Assembly: GCA_964247055.1 (NCBI GenBank)
Contig: OZ176057.1
Coordinates: 682,001 to 746,000 of the forward strand
DNA length: 64,000 nt
Reading direction: 5' to 3'
From: Paragordius varius
Lineage: Eukaryota > Animalia > Nematomorpha
Position numbers and translations under genes: made by a program
Notes under the pieces: model-generated
Database searches by the model: none
What the model saw: the letters and a program-made list of their open reading frames with translations, nothing else
What the model was told of the DNA's origin: nothing
In this document: one piece after another, positions 26,661-37,571 of the stretch
How positions within the stretch are numbered: the first letter of the stretch is position 1
Layout: every line of letters starts with the position of its first letter

Positions 26661-27149
26661 TTCTTAAATAACCTATGATGATTGCACCTGGCATTTATTA
26701 AAAATAACCGGAATAATTCAATGTTTATATTCGCATTAAAAACAAAAGATGTATAAAATAAACTATAACTTCCAAAGATAAATTGGAAAAATTCATAAAA
26801 CTATGTAAAAAACCCATTTTTCGCTTGCTTACCCAAAACATATTTGGTTTTTTTAAAAAAGCTGAGAATTTAAAAAACAATGCGACTTTAACGGAAAACA
26901 AAAAAATGAATTCATTGAAAACCATTTTAAAAAAATTTCTAAAAGTCGACCTGGACAGCAACACATCCATGTTGCCATTAGGACATTAAATAAAATATAA
27001 TATAAACGGAAATCAGTCGTTAAAGGCATTTCCTATTCGCTTACATAGCGTTTCGTTTTTTTTTGTACAATATGGATACTTAATTTATGCCAAAAAATTC
27101 AGGTATTTACAAATACGGTTATCTAATGTACCCTAATTAATATTGTAAA

Positions 27150-27520
27150 AATATAGAGCACACAATGCCAAATTTTTTAAGTCAAATATGTCACCTAAAT
27201 GATTCAAATTTTTAGATTAGAGAAAGGAGGTAAAAATTTGGTTGATATATTGATATTTTTTGAATGAATTATAAGTTAAAAATTTATATTTATCAAAACA
27301 CGAAGTATTCTAAAGATATTTTTTACCTTATTTAAAAACAATTTATGTCTAATCTTTATAATTATTGTTATATTAAAAATTATACTAAAAGGGGAATATA
27401 GGATACGTGCGAATGTGCAATGCTTGAAAACGATGGTACTAAAGAGATATATGAGGAAGTTCTCTTAAGATACCATTCGTATAATAAAATAGACTTTCCA
27501 ATGGTAAAGTGAATAGGTTT
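27150..27520 (+). pseudogene. Copy 3 (most degraded) of the 3-exon family
   Basis: ATGTCACCTAAA...AGAAAGGAG|GTAAAA at 27188-27235 and an exon-B-like start GGGGAATAT..GTGCGAA.GTG at ~27391; truncated by the Gypsy remnant. Confidence 0.4.
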
Positions 27521-27559
27521 AAATTTTTTAATGTCGACAATAGGGGAATATAAAATTTT

Positions 27560-28450
27560 TCAAATGTAACCTATTTTATTTTCTCTTGTATATACTTTTT
27601 ATCGTACCTACCAACCTTTCTACTATCCCATTGCTTCTAAGATAAGAGGGGGTAACTTTATTCATCCACAACTTACTTGAGGTTGACGTAAAATACCCAT
27701 TATTATAATACGATGCGTTACCGCTAACTATCTCTCTTGCAAAACCAAAATTTGCGAAAGTTTCTTCTAGCCTTGGCATTACATCCGATGTGTTACCTTT
27801 TTTAAACCCTTCTGTCCTTTGATAGGCGCTATCTATTATCAAAAACCAATAATAATTCACAACCGCTTCGGCTATACTAATATGCAAACGCTCCCACTAA
27901 CCAAAATTGTGATCCCACTGAAAAGTGGCTTATATAATCTGGCCATCGCTTTCATGATTTTATGTTGTTTATAATTGTTGTCTAGGTGTCTCACCAGTCC
28001 TTTTGGACGGGCTTCGGTATTAGATCCGTTCATTTAAACTTAACACATAATGAAATGCCAACTCGTCTTTCAAAAAATTTGCCTAATTACGTGTAATACC
28101 GGATCTAAAGTGGTTTCTTTTCGAATCTCATCTCTGCTAACCGCACGTGTGCCAATTTAAAATTGTTTTTTATGGAATAACCGCATAATTTTCGTCATAG
28201 GCATCGATCTGGTCAATCGGCCATCAATCGGCTTTATTTTAAACCCTTTTTGGCGACTTTTCAAAATCTTTAATCGATTTTCGGCAATAGCGTTTGTATC
28301 AAGAATTCACAGGGTTTTATAACTTTGCTCCTACTAGACATATATATAACAGGGTCATATTGTTCAAGCGGAGTGGCTGGCATTAAAAGAGAAAGCTACT
28401 ATTTTTTCCGAGGATTTATAAAGTGACTTCCGATCAATTTGATACAAAAA
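27560..28450 (-). mobile_element. Ty3/Gypsy (K02A2.6-like) LTR retrotransposon pol remnant (RNase H end, zinc-binding region, integrase core)
   Basis: ORF 27576-27887: HI..A..FLIIDS..FANFGF.REIVSGN..F..TPSY.RSNGIVERLV.TIK; upstream I..ET.LDP.L..V and MKA.AR; frameshifts; no LTRs identified. Confidence 0.82.
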
Positions 28451-29979
28451 TGATTTTTCGTAAGGTTAATAAGAATTTCACTAATTATATATTATATTTT
28501 TTTAACGTTCATTTAAATTATTATTTATTCGGTCTTCCTCATTGCTCATAGACTATGGATTGTTAACCATAAGTCATGTTTCTGCTAATTGTTAATAGGT
28601 CTGAGTAGAGAGACCGTTTAATAACTCTGGCACTTGGTCGTTTTTGTAGCTATTCGATTTGCCTAAGCGCCCACTTCACATTTAAATAACATTTACATTC
28701 GAAACAAACTTCGCCTAATTTAATCGATAGAGCACGGTGACCATATTTCTACAAACACAGGATGATGCCAGTCTATTTTTTCTGAAATAAAAATAAAATA
28801 GAATACTATTATATTTAAAGTTAAAAGCCAGTTTATGATAAACCTCACTGTGTTTGTCGTTTATATTTAGATGAACAAATGTATCAAATTAATCGTCTTA
28901 GTATTTTTGCTGTTTTCTCTTGATTACTTTACCTGGTACACATGGCATCTTTGGGTTTGGGAGTGTTAATCTATTTATTTATTTTAAAGAGGACCTTTTC
29001 CCTTTAACGCATGGTTTAAATCTTTTATTAAAAGATACGTGCCCAAAAAATAATAAAAAATATATCTTTTAAAGAAAATATATATGGGGTCCTTTTTAAT
29101 TTAAGGTTTAAGGTTTAGGAAGCATTAAGAACAAAATATTAACACTTTTGTATAAATCGTCCATAAAATGCTGTTTTCCACATAATGTTAGAATGATTTT
29201 TAGGGGAATTAAAACGCTTTATAAATTATCATTAAGATAATTAACAACTAAATTTTAAATCAAAGTATTTGTATTAATATTTTTAGACGAGGGATCGGAC
29301 TCCAATTTTCGGTTCTCTCTAAAATGGCTTTTTTTCACTTGAATAAGCGAAAATGCCGATATCTCGCGGTTAATTTATCTGTTAAATTAAGGCATCAAAA
29401 TATGAAAAAATTAATGAAACGTACAATCAACGCCAACTTTAGGCGGAATGAATTTGCGTGGTGTATTGTTCAACATAGATATTATAACTGTAACAAATGA
29501 TCATCTGTCATTGAACCTGTCTCTAAAAGCCATGACTTATGACTAAATCTGGCATATAGTTAAACAAAATATCGGAATTAATTATGTATTAAAATTCAAT
29601 TTAAACCATTCTCATTAATAAATTAGAATATGTATATTAGCAGCCATTTGCCAAAAATAGATTGGAGAAAACAAGAGATTCTTTTCGCTAAAAATTATAA
29701 ACACAAACCCTATTTTTTTCTTTAAAACCATAATCTTATTTGTGTATATTAGAATATAACCAAAGCAATCTTGGATACATTATCATTAAAAATCGCATTT
29801 ATGAAGTTTTCAAAAGGATGACCGATTCTAGCAACCCATCCATCCATCTTTACAATATACCTTTATATTTAGAAAAAAACTAATAATCAGTCAAACACAT
29901 TTTTCCCTTATTATTAAATATTATAAAAATTTACCCTAAACTAACACAATAAAATGGTATTTCTAAACAATTTATAAAC

Positions 29980-30652
29980 ATGAATCTAATTTATATATTT
30001 TAATAATAAATGGAACATTAATTAGAATACATAATTCTAAATTATTTTATACAAAAATGTCACCAAAATATTTCAGATTTTTGAGATTCGGGAAAGGAGG
30101 TAATAAACTATACTGTATGATAAATTCTCATCTTTCTAATATATAATTACCCTTTTAAGGGTTTGTTAATGTAAAACTCCTAACTTCTAATAATAAATAA
30201 TATATCAAATTCAATTAATCTGAATAAGGGGAATATTTTATGGGTGCGAAAGTGTGGATTAGTTGGAAGTGGATGTGGTTTAAGGATAGAAAAAGCGAGT
30301 TGATAGATATATTTTTGAATTGTTGCAAACGATTTGAGTGTGCTAAAGAATTTGACCAAAAAGATGAAAAGATGTCCTTTGAAAATGTAATCAATGTACC
30401 AGACCCTTCTGTGTATTATGAAATAGGGTATACTATGGCAAAGGTGTTTGTATATCCCGTTAAACATTTTGTGGCTTTAACTTGTTTAATGCCAACAATA
30501 CGGGAAGAGAAAACTTTTGATTCAATAATAAATTGACAATTCGTATTTTTTATTTTTGAGGCTCAAATAATTTCCATTCTCTTTTGCATTAACAGGTGCG
30601 AAAAGCCAAGAATAAATCAATGAAAAAATGGATACGAAAATTCAAAATTTAA
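29980..30652 (+). pseudogene. Copy 4 (best preserved) of the 3-exon family
   Basis: Exon A ends 30099 (..MSPKYFRFLRFGKG|G); exon B starts 30229 and is open to 30536 (ORF 30240-30536); exon C 30596-30652. The ATG at 29980 is one base out of frame and the exon B donor is lost. Confidence 0.6.
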
Positions 30653-31259
30653 ATATTTAATTCGCAGTGTGATCTGGTGAATCATAAATATTCAATATAT
30701 TATATATTCCAATTTGTGTTCTCTTTACTCTTAGACCAATAATACATAAAAAGTTGTTTTGTAATTGTCGGTAATGATTGAATTATGATACTGATAATAA
30801 AAAACCTCACATAACTGGACTCAAAAAACTTATTTCTGTATAATAACCGATGTTTTCTAATGTACGAAGATTTTAATATATGTAAGGAGTAAGTAACTAA
30901 CTATTTACACCGAGTCGTTGTCTTATGCAGCTCTCCAAAAAATCTTTCTTAGGTCATGATTTGACCCTTCTAACAAAAATATAGATACCCTTAAAAAGGT
31001 TGATTTAATGAGGAACTTATTAATTTGAAAGCACATTGTGGGGAAAATTTAGCGAATTCAGACAGTTCTGTCATCATGGCGCATTTACAAACAGTTTTTA
31101 GTATTAGTTATAAAAACTGAATAAGTCTCCACGTTTCCCGGAAAGTTGGTTGGCCAATATTTTTTTAATTTTTTTTATCAGGAGGGGTGAATCTGAGGGA
31201 TGAATTTGTAAAGAGCCCAGTCACCCCCGGAGCGTTTGTATAACAAAAAATCAATAATA

Positions 31260-32620
31260 AAATTGAGTTATTTTGCACGTTTTTCAGATATCCAAATTTT
31301 TGACATTCATTTGAAAATTTTGTTAAATTTTGGGTTGTCCACTGAATTTGACAGCAGTATAGTATCATCAGCATAGTGCAAGGATGATATAATATTGCCG
31401 GCGATGCTTATGCCATTAGCTTATCTATATTTCTTAATACGCTTTCTATGCAGACGTTATAAAGAGTCGGTGAAAGGACGCATCCTTGTCGTAAACCATA
31501 GTTCATTCGTATCCAATTACTTGTGCCGTGTGGGGTTTTTATGGTTAATGATGGATTGGAATAAAGGGATTTTTATGATGTTTATAATATGATCTGATAC
31601 TCCAATCTGAGATAGTCCACAGCGTGTCGTGCTTCACGCTGCCGAAGGCCTTTGAAAAATCAATGAACCAGATATGGTTTTTCTTCCTGAAATTCGACTT
31701 GTTTTTCGAATATCCAACGTATATTGCTAATCATGTCCCTACATCCGCGATTGGATCTAAATCCCGCTTGGGTATTAGAAAGTTCGGCTTCAATTATGCC
31801 TTGGATACACATGTGAATTATTTTGAGAAAAACTTTTGATGCTTGGTTGATTAGAGCTATAGTTCTGTAGTTGTTAAATGATTTAGGATCGCATTTTTTC
31901 AAGATGGGGATGAGTATTGATTTGCACCAATCTTGGGGGAATGTGGCGTGAGCAAATAGTTGAATGGGCACTCAACCATTCCCCAAACAACAAATCTGAG
32001 GGGTACAACGATATTCCAACCGAACTCATTCGTTTTATCACAATTCATATCCTAACTGACTTATTCCTAAAACAAATTTTACAGTTTCCAAAAATGTAAG
32101 CCATTCAATTTCAATGATATTTAATTGTTTTATTTCTGATGGTGACTGAGTGTTTGAGAATCAGCCTCTCGATTCCGCCAGCACGTGTGAAAATAAAAAT
32201 GTTAAAAATAATTTTTTGATAAACCTGAATAAAAAAGGATGAGGAAAAATACATTAACGCCTTTTAAATGTGGTGCTGACGAAAGATACTTCGAATCACT
32301 TGGAAAGACAAAATAAAGAACACTGTAATCCTTGACAAAATAAACCCCGAGATACACCTGATTGGCATGTGCCTCAAAATAAAATTATCATACTTTGGTC
32401 ACATTACCAGAGCTAATGACTTGGAATTACAAATAGGACAGGCAAGAAGGATCCAAGAAACGTGGGGGCTGCAAGGTGCACTGGATCGAAAACCTAACCA
32501 AAGAAACCAATCTCTCTTTATAGCAGCTAACATCACTCGCTACAATCGATTAAACTGGAGAAAAATGCCTTCGAAAAAGCAATAAATCGACAACGATCTT
32601 TGCTATAATAATAAAATTTG
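31260..32620. mobile_element. RTE/BovB-like non-LTR retrotransposon, internally rearranged remnant
   Basis: Minus 31260-31950: FPQDW.KSILIPI.KK..NNYRTIALI..QAGFR..FIDFSKAF..RQGCVLSP..HYADD. Plus 31950-32085: VEWAL..PNNKS.G..IPTELI. Plus 32230-32620: KYINAF.MWC.RKILRITW..LSYFGHI.R. Confidence 0.88.
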
Positions 32621-33056
32621 TTTTAATACTGAGAGAGTATTTATCGGGTTAGTGAGCGGCACATTAATGAATAATAAAAAAATTCCAGTTTAATTCGAAT
32701 GGCCTATATCTGACATCAATGTCTATCGAAACCCTATTTTTAAACTTGGGGCTAATAGAAAAAACAAACCGGGGTGGGCCCATAAGTTATAATGCGTGTA
32801 AAGCGAGGGTTCAAATTTTTTAATTACTCGGGATGCCAATAGGTATAAGATGTCTTGTAATATAAAACAAAAGTGATTTGATACCAAATTCTATGCTGAA
32901 AGTTATACCATAAGTATAATATATTTTAATACCATTCAGAGTAGCTCTTAATAATTGGATAATTGGACAACTAAAACTTATTTTAAACAAACAGCTGATT
33001 TTGTGCAATTAAATATCTATCATGCTGTGAAAATACAATCAAGGCTATTTTAAAGT

Positions 33057-34158
33057 AAAATATCAACGTGGTAATTTTTAAATGATAATCTTAACCATTT
33101 TATATCAAAAAAATTTAACTAATTAATTATGACACAATCGCTTTGTTATAGACAACTCTGTAATATATTAAACTCTAAAAATATGGTAAAATATATTTTA
33201 AGTGAAAAATAAAATTTTATTTATTCTATTAGTTTACTAAAAGCTAGTCAGTGTTTTGTATTCATGTATCTGGCCTGTAAACTATTTATGAACATAGAGA
33301 GTTTAGTTTTTTTATTAGTGCTATTTTTTACGGTTTGTTTCATAATAACTTTAATTCTTCTCGCGGAGCTGATAAAATCTGTTATGAGCTATTCATAAAT
33401 GATAATTTGGTTATATATAGTGTTTTTTTGGGGCCTCCAGAAAGTAGCGAATTCCGGATACCCCTGATTTAAACCATAAAGCGCGGATGTGTCTATTAAT
33501 ATTTAAACCATAAGAATGCTTGAAGTTGCTTATATTCTAAACCCTAAGGAAAACGATGTGCTAATATTATCCGGGAAATGTTTTTTCCTCTTATTTTAAT
33601 CTTATTCAAAATATCAACGTGGTAATTTTTAAATGATAATCTTAACCATTTTATATCAAGAAAATTTAACTAATTAATTATGACACAATCGCTTTGTTAT
33701 AGACAACTCTGTAATATATTAAACTCTAAAAATATGGTAAAATATATTTTAAGTGAAAAATAAAATTTTATTTATTCTATTAGTTTACTAAAAGCTAGTC
33801 AGTGTTTTGTATTCATGTATCTGGCCTGTAAACTATTTATGAACATAGAGAGTTTAGTTTTTTTATTAGTGCTATTTTTTACGGTTTGTTTCATAATAAC
33901 TTTAATTCTTCTCGCGGAGCTGATAAAATCTGTTATGAGCTATTCATAAATGATAATTTGGTTATATATAGTGTTTTTTTGGGGCCTCCAGAAAGTAGCG
34001 AATTCCGGATACCCCTGATTTAAACCATAAAGCGCGGATGTGTCTTTTAATATTTAAACCATAAGAATGCTTGAAGTTGCTTATATTCTAAACCCTAAGG
34101 AAAACGATGTGCTAATATTATCCGGGAAATGTTTTTTCCTCTTATTTTAATCTTATTC
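33057..34158 (+). repeat. Near-perfect 551-bp tandem duplication
   Basis: 33057-33607 = 33608-34158; I noticed only two substitutions. Confidence 0.92.
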
Positions 34159-34244
34159 ATTCATGTTTTGCATTTTTAACATCAAATGATAAGTTCCCAT
34201 AAGCATAGAGATGTAGGCATATCTTTGGTACCATAACAAGTAAC

Positions 34245-35267
34245 ACCAGAAACGTTTGATTTAACAGGATCCCGAATTTTAACAAATCTTAAAAATGTTA
34301 AATGTCCCTATTCGTGGGATCTTAAGCCATTGTCCGAAAATGGTTTTCGTTAACAGCGTGTCCTGAAAAAGCAACAGCCGAAACCCGTAATCCACTTCAA
34401 GACATTCGGTTATAACAATTTTCGTCATTCTTTTTCTCCAATCGATAAGGCAACATTTGAAACAGTAGGTTTAGGAAACTTTCAATAATTGCTTTTGCCT
34501 ATAATCGTTGTTGAGAGAATAGTATGTATTGCTCTTGTTCATCGCATCTTCGGGCGCACCTTTTAGCGCGACCAATATCGTACATTTTGATTAGATCAAA
34601 TTTTGCCTACAACTTGCATATAATTTCCTGTGGGATAAAAATGCTGTTTTTTAACTCTCTGGAAATCATATTGAAAACTTTTCAACTTGCCTTTCCCAAT
34701 TTTATTGAGAATAATTATCCCTAGTAAAGCAGATTCACTAGGGGATATATTAACTAATATTATCGTCGCCGCTACCCTTCATGGGCGATTGATTTATGGG
34801 AAAATTTGATTCAGTATAGAGTGAACCAATTGATATCAAATGTATTACATCGGGATTACACATAATGATAATACTGGGTGATTGGTTATCAAACTTGAGA
34901 CTAGAAATCTGGTTTATAGATATTACCTTTCCTATTTTACTGTCAATCTTATAGTAATCATCATCAGGTGTTTATATATCCGTTACTGTCTTTCGATTAG
35001 TAGTTAATGGACCTAGTAGTTTTTTAATAATGATCCGTTTTTTAGACATACGGATAACCCCGAGCGCTAATTACTGTCACAACGATGGGAAGTCCCTCTG
35101 GAAAGCTGCTACGCTAATAATAAAAGCTATAATGCAAAGACTATAAAAACTAAGTTGTTTTCTAATCGATCCATAGATTTTTGTAAAGGTGTTTTGGGTC
35201 CTTATTCAACTTTCATTTGTTCGAATATTTCACCAAATTGTTGTACCCGTACTAATAACTAACCCCA
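34245..35267 (-). pseudogene. ATP2C1: Second, inverted copy of the SPCA/ATP2C1-like fragment with internal deletions
   Basis: Reverse complement aligns by eye with 20600-21740 (LQKSMD, VAA.PEGLPIVVTV, KKRIIIKKL, KGAPE, GLRV, FVKI.DP). The DKTGT region is deleted. Confidence 0.82.
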
Positions 35268-35284
35268 CTGCAAATTAAATATTT

Positions 35285-35665
35285 AAATGAATTTTTGAAT
35301 CCATTTTTTCATTAATTTATTCTTGGCTTTTCGCACCTCTTAATGTAAAAGAAAATGGAACTTATTTAAGCCTCAAATATATAAAATACGAATTGTCAAT
35401 TTATTACATTTGAATCAAAAGTTTTCTCTTCCCGTATTGTTGGCATTAAACAAGTTAAAGCCATAATGTTTAACGGGATATACAAACACTTTTGCCATAG
35501 GATACCCTATTTCATAGTACACAGAAGGGTCTGGTACATTGATTACATTTTCAAAGGACATCTTTTCGTCATTTTGGTCAAATTCTTTAGCACACGCAAA
35601 TCTTTCGCAACAATTCAAAAATATATCTACCAACTCGCTTTTTCTATCATTAAACCACATCCACT
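35285..35665 (-). pseudogene. Copy 5 (5'-truncated, inverted) of the 3-exon family
   Basis: ORF 35415-35660 (MWFNDRKSELVDIFLNCC..VKH, then frameshift); intact donor (TCAAAT|GTAATA) and exon C. Confidence 0.6.
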
Positions 35666-35670
35666 GTAAT

Positions 35671-35927
35671 TAATGTACCAAACCCTTTTGTGTACTATGA
35701 AATAGGGTATCCTATGGCAAAGTGTTTGTATATCCCGTTAAACATTTTGTGGCTTTAAATTGTTTAATGCCAACAATAGAGGAAACTTTGGATTCAAATG
35801 TAATAAATTGTCATATCGTATTTTATATTTTTGAGGCTTAAACAATTTCCATTTTCTTTTACATTAACAGGTGAGAAAAGCCAAGAATAAATCAATGAGA
35901 AAATGGATACGAAAATTCAAAATTTAA
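35671..35927 (+). pseudogene. Copy 6 (3' half only) of the 3-exon family
   Basis: Begins mid exon B; 1-nt deletion; intact 71-nt intron 35800-35870; exon C 35871-35927. Confidence 0.55.
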
Positions 35928-37571
35928 ATATTTAATTTGCAGTGTGATCTGATGAATCATAAATATAATAAATTATATATTCCAATTTGTTTCCTTTTAA
36001 CTGTTATACCAATAATACATAATAAGTTTTGCAATTGTCAGTAATGATTGAATTATGATAATGATAATAAAAGGCTCCCAATAACTGGACTCAAAAAACT
36101 TACATTTTTGTATAATTAACCGCTGTTTTTTAATGTACGAAGATTTTAATATATGTTTTATGGAGTAAGTAACTAACTATTTACACCGAGTCATTATCTT
36201 ATGTATCTCTCTAAAGAATCTTTTTTAGGTTATGATTTGAACCTTTTCTCAAAGGAGAAAGTATACTTAAATTAATATAGATACTCTTAAAAAAGTTGAT
36301 TTTAAAAGTTGAAGAACTTATTATTTTGAAAACACGTTGTGGGGAAAACCTAACGGATTTAGACAGTTCCGTCATCATGACGCATATATAAACAGTTAAT
36401 ATTAATTATTAAAACTGAATAAGTCTCCACGTTTTTTTGGAAAGTTGGTTAGCCAATATTTTTTTTATTTCATTTTATCCGGCGGGGTAAATCCGAGGTA
36501 GGAATTTGAAAAAAAGTCCAGTCTTTTTCATTTTTCAGAAACTTGATTCAAAAATTTATTTTTTGAGATTTTTTTTTCACACGGGTGGGCGTAATATGAG
36601 AGGCTGATTTCCAAAGACCCAGTCACCATCGGATATAAAACAAATACATATTAAAACTGAATAGGCTTTACAATTTTGGTAACTATATAAAATGTTTAAA
36701 TTTAAACGAGAAAGTATTTAAACCGAGAGAGTATAGACGAAATCGGGTTAGTGACCGGTACATTAATAAGTAATATTAAAATTCCATTTTCACATCATGG
36801 TTCTTTTAGGATAGAAACAGAATTTTATATTGAGACCGTTTCCTTCAGTAGTTTTTAACCTGACTTAAATTTAGTCTGGGGTATTTAGATACCCCAATAT
36901 GAGGAAGTGTTACACTGTTAAATTAAATAATTTTGCCTATATTTTAATTTGTTTTAAAATGTAACCCATTTAATGTAACTAACTCTTAAACTTAAATACT
37001 CTACAGAAATAAAATGTCAGTTATATCAATTTTGTTTTTTTTCCTATTCTTAAATAAAACTGCAAAAATTTGATGGTTTTGAGATGAGTTTTTTTAAAAT
37101 AAATTTAAGACAAGCCTTAAAAATTATAGTATACATCGACAGTTTAATATCAATGTTTCAAGTATTATCGATGAAATAGCCCTAGATTATAAAAACAACC
37201 ACAAAAAAGAGCAAATAATAATATACACATCTTATAATGGTAATTGACGGATGAATTATGTTTTGTAATGACAGATGTAAAATTCGTAATATAATGATTA
37301 TCGAAATAGAAAATTAATTGAAAGACAATTATTAACAGAAATTATAAACGATATGTGAAACCCTTTTGTCAATATGATGCTAACAAGCAGGAAACTAGTC
37401 TACGATTACTATTGACGAAATGGTTTCTCATATCGTTTATAATTTTTGGTAATAATTATCTTTCAAATTAATTTCTATTTAATTTTCGATTATCATTTTA
37501 TTTCAGATTTTACAACTGTTAATACACATCTTATATTATTACGTACTTTTGCACACTTATTTGTTAAAACC

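Noticed and set aside
28600-28790. Possible gag zinc-knuckle remnant upstream of the Gypsy pol fragment
   Set aside because: Only a partial C..GH pattern with stops; the spacing is not convincing.
25679-34017. A single large Pack-hAT element bounded by facing TIRs at 25679 and 33466/34017
   Set aside because: Both ends have the same outside flank and represent the same terminus, so they are segmental duplicates rather than left and right ends with a TSD.
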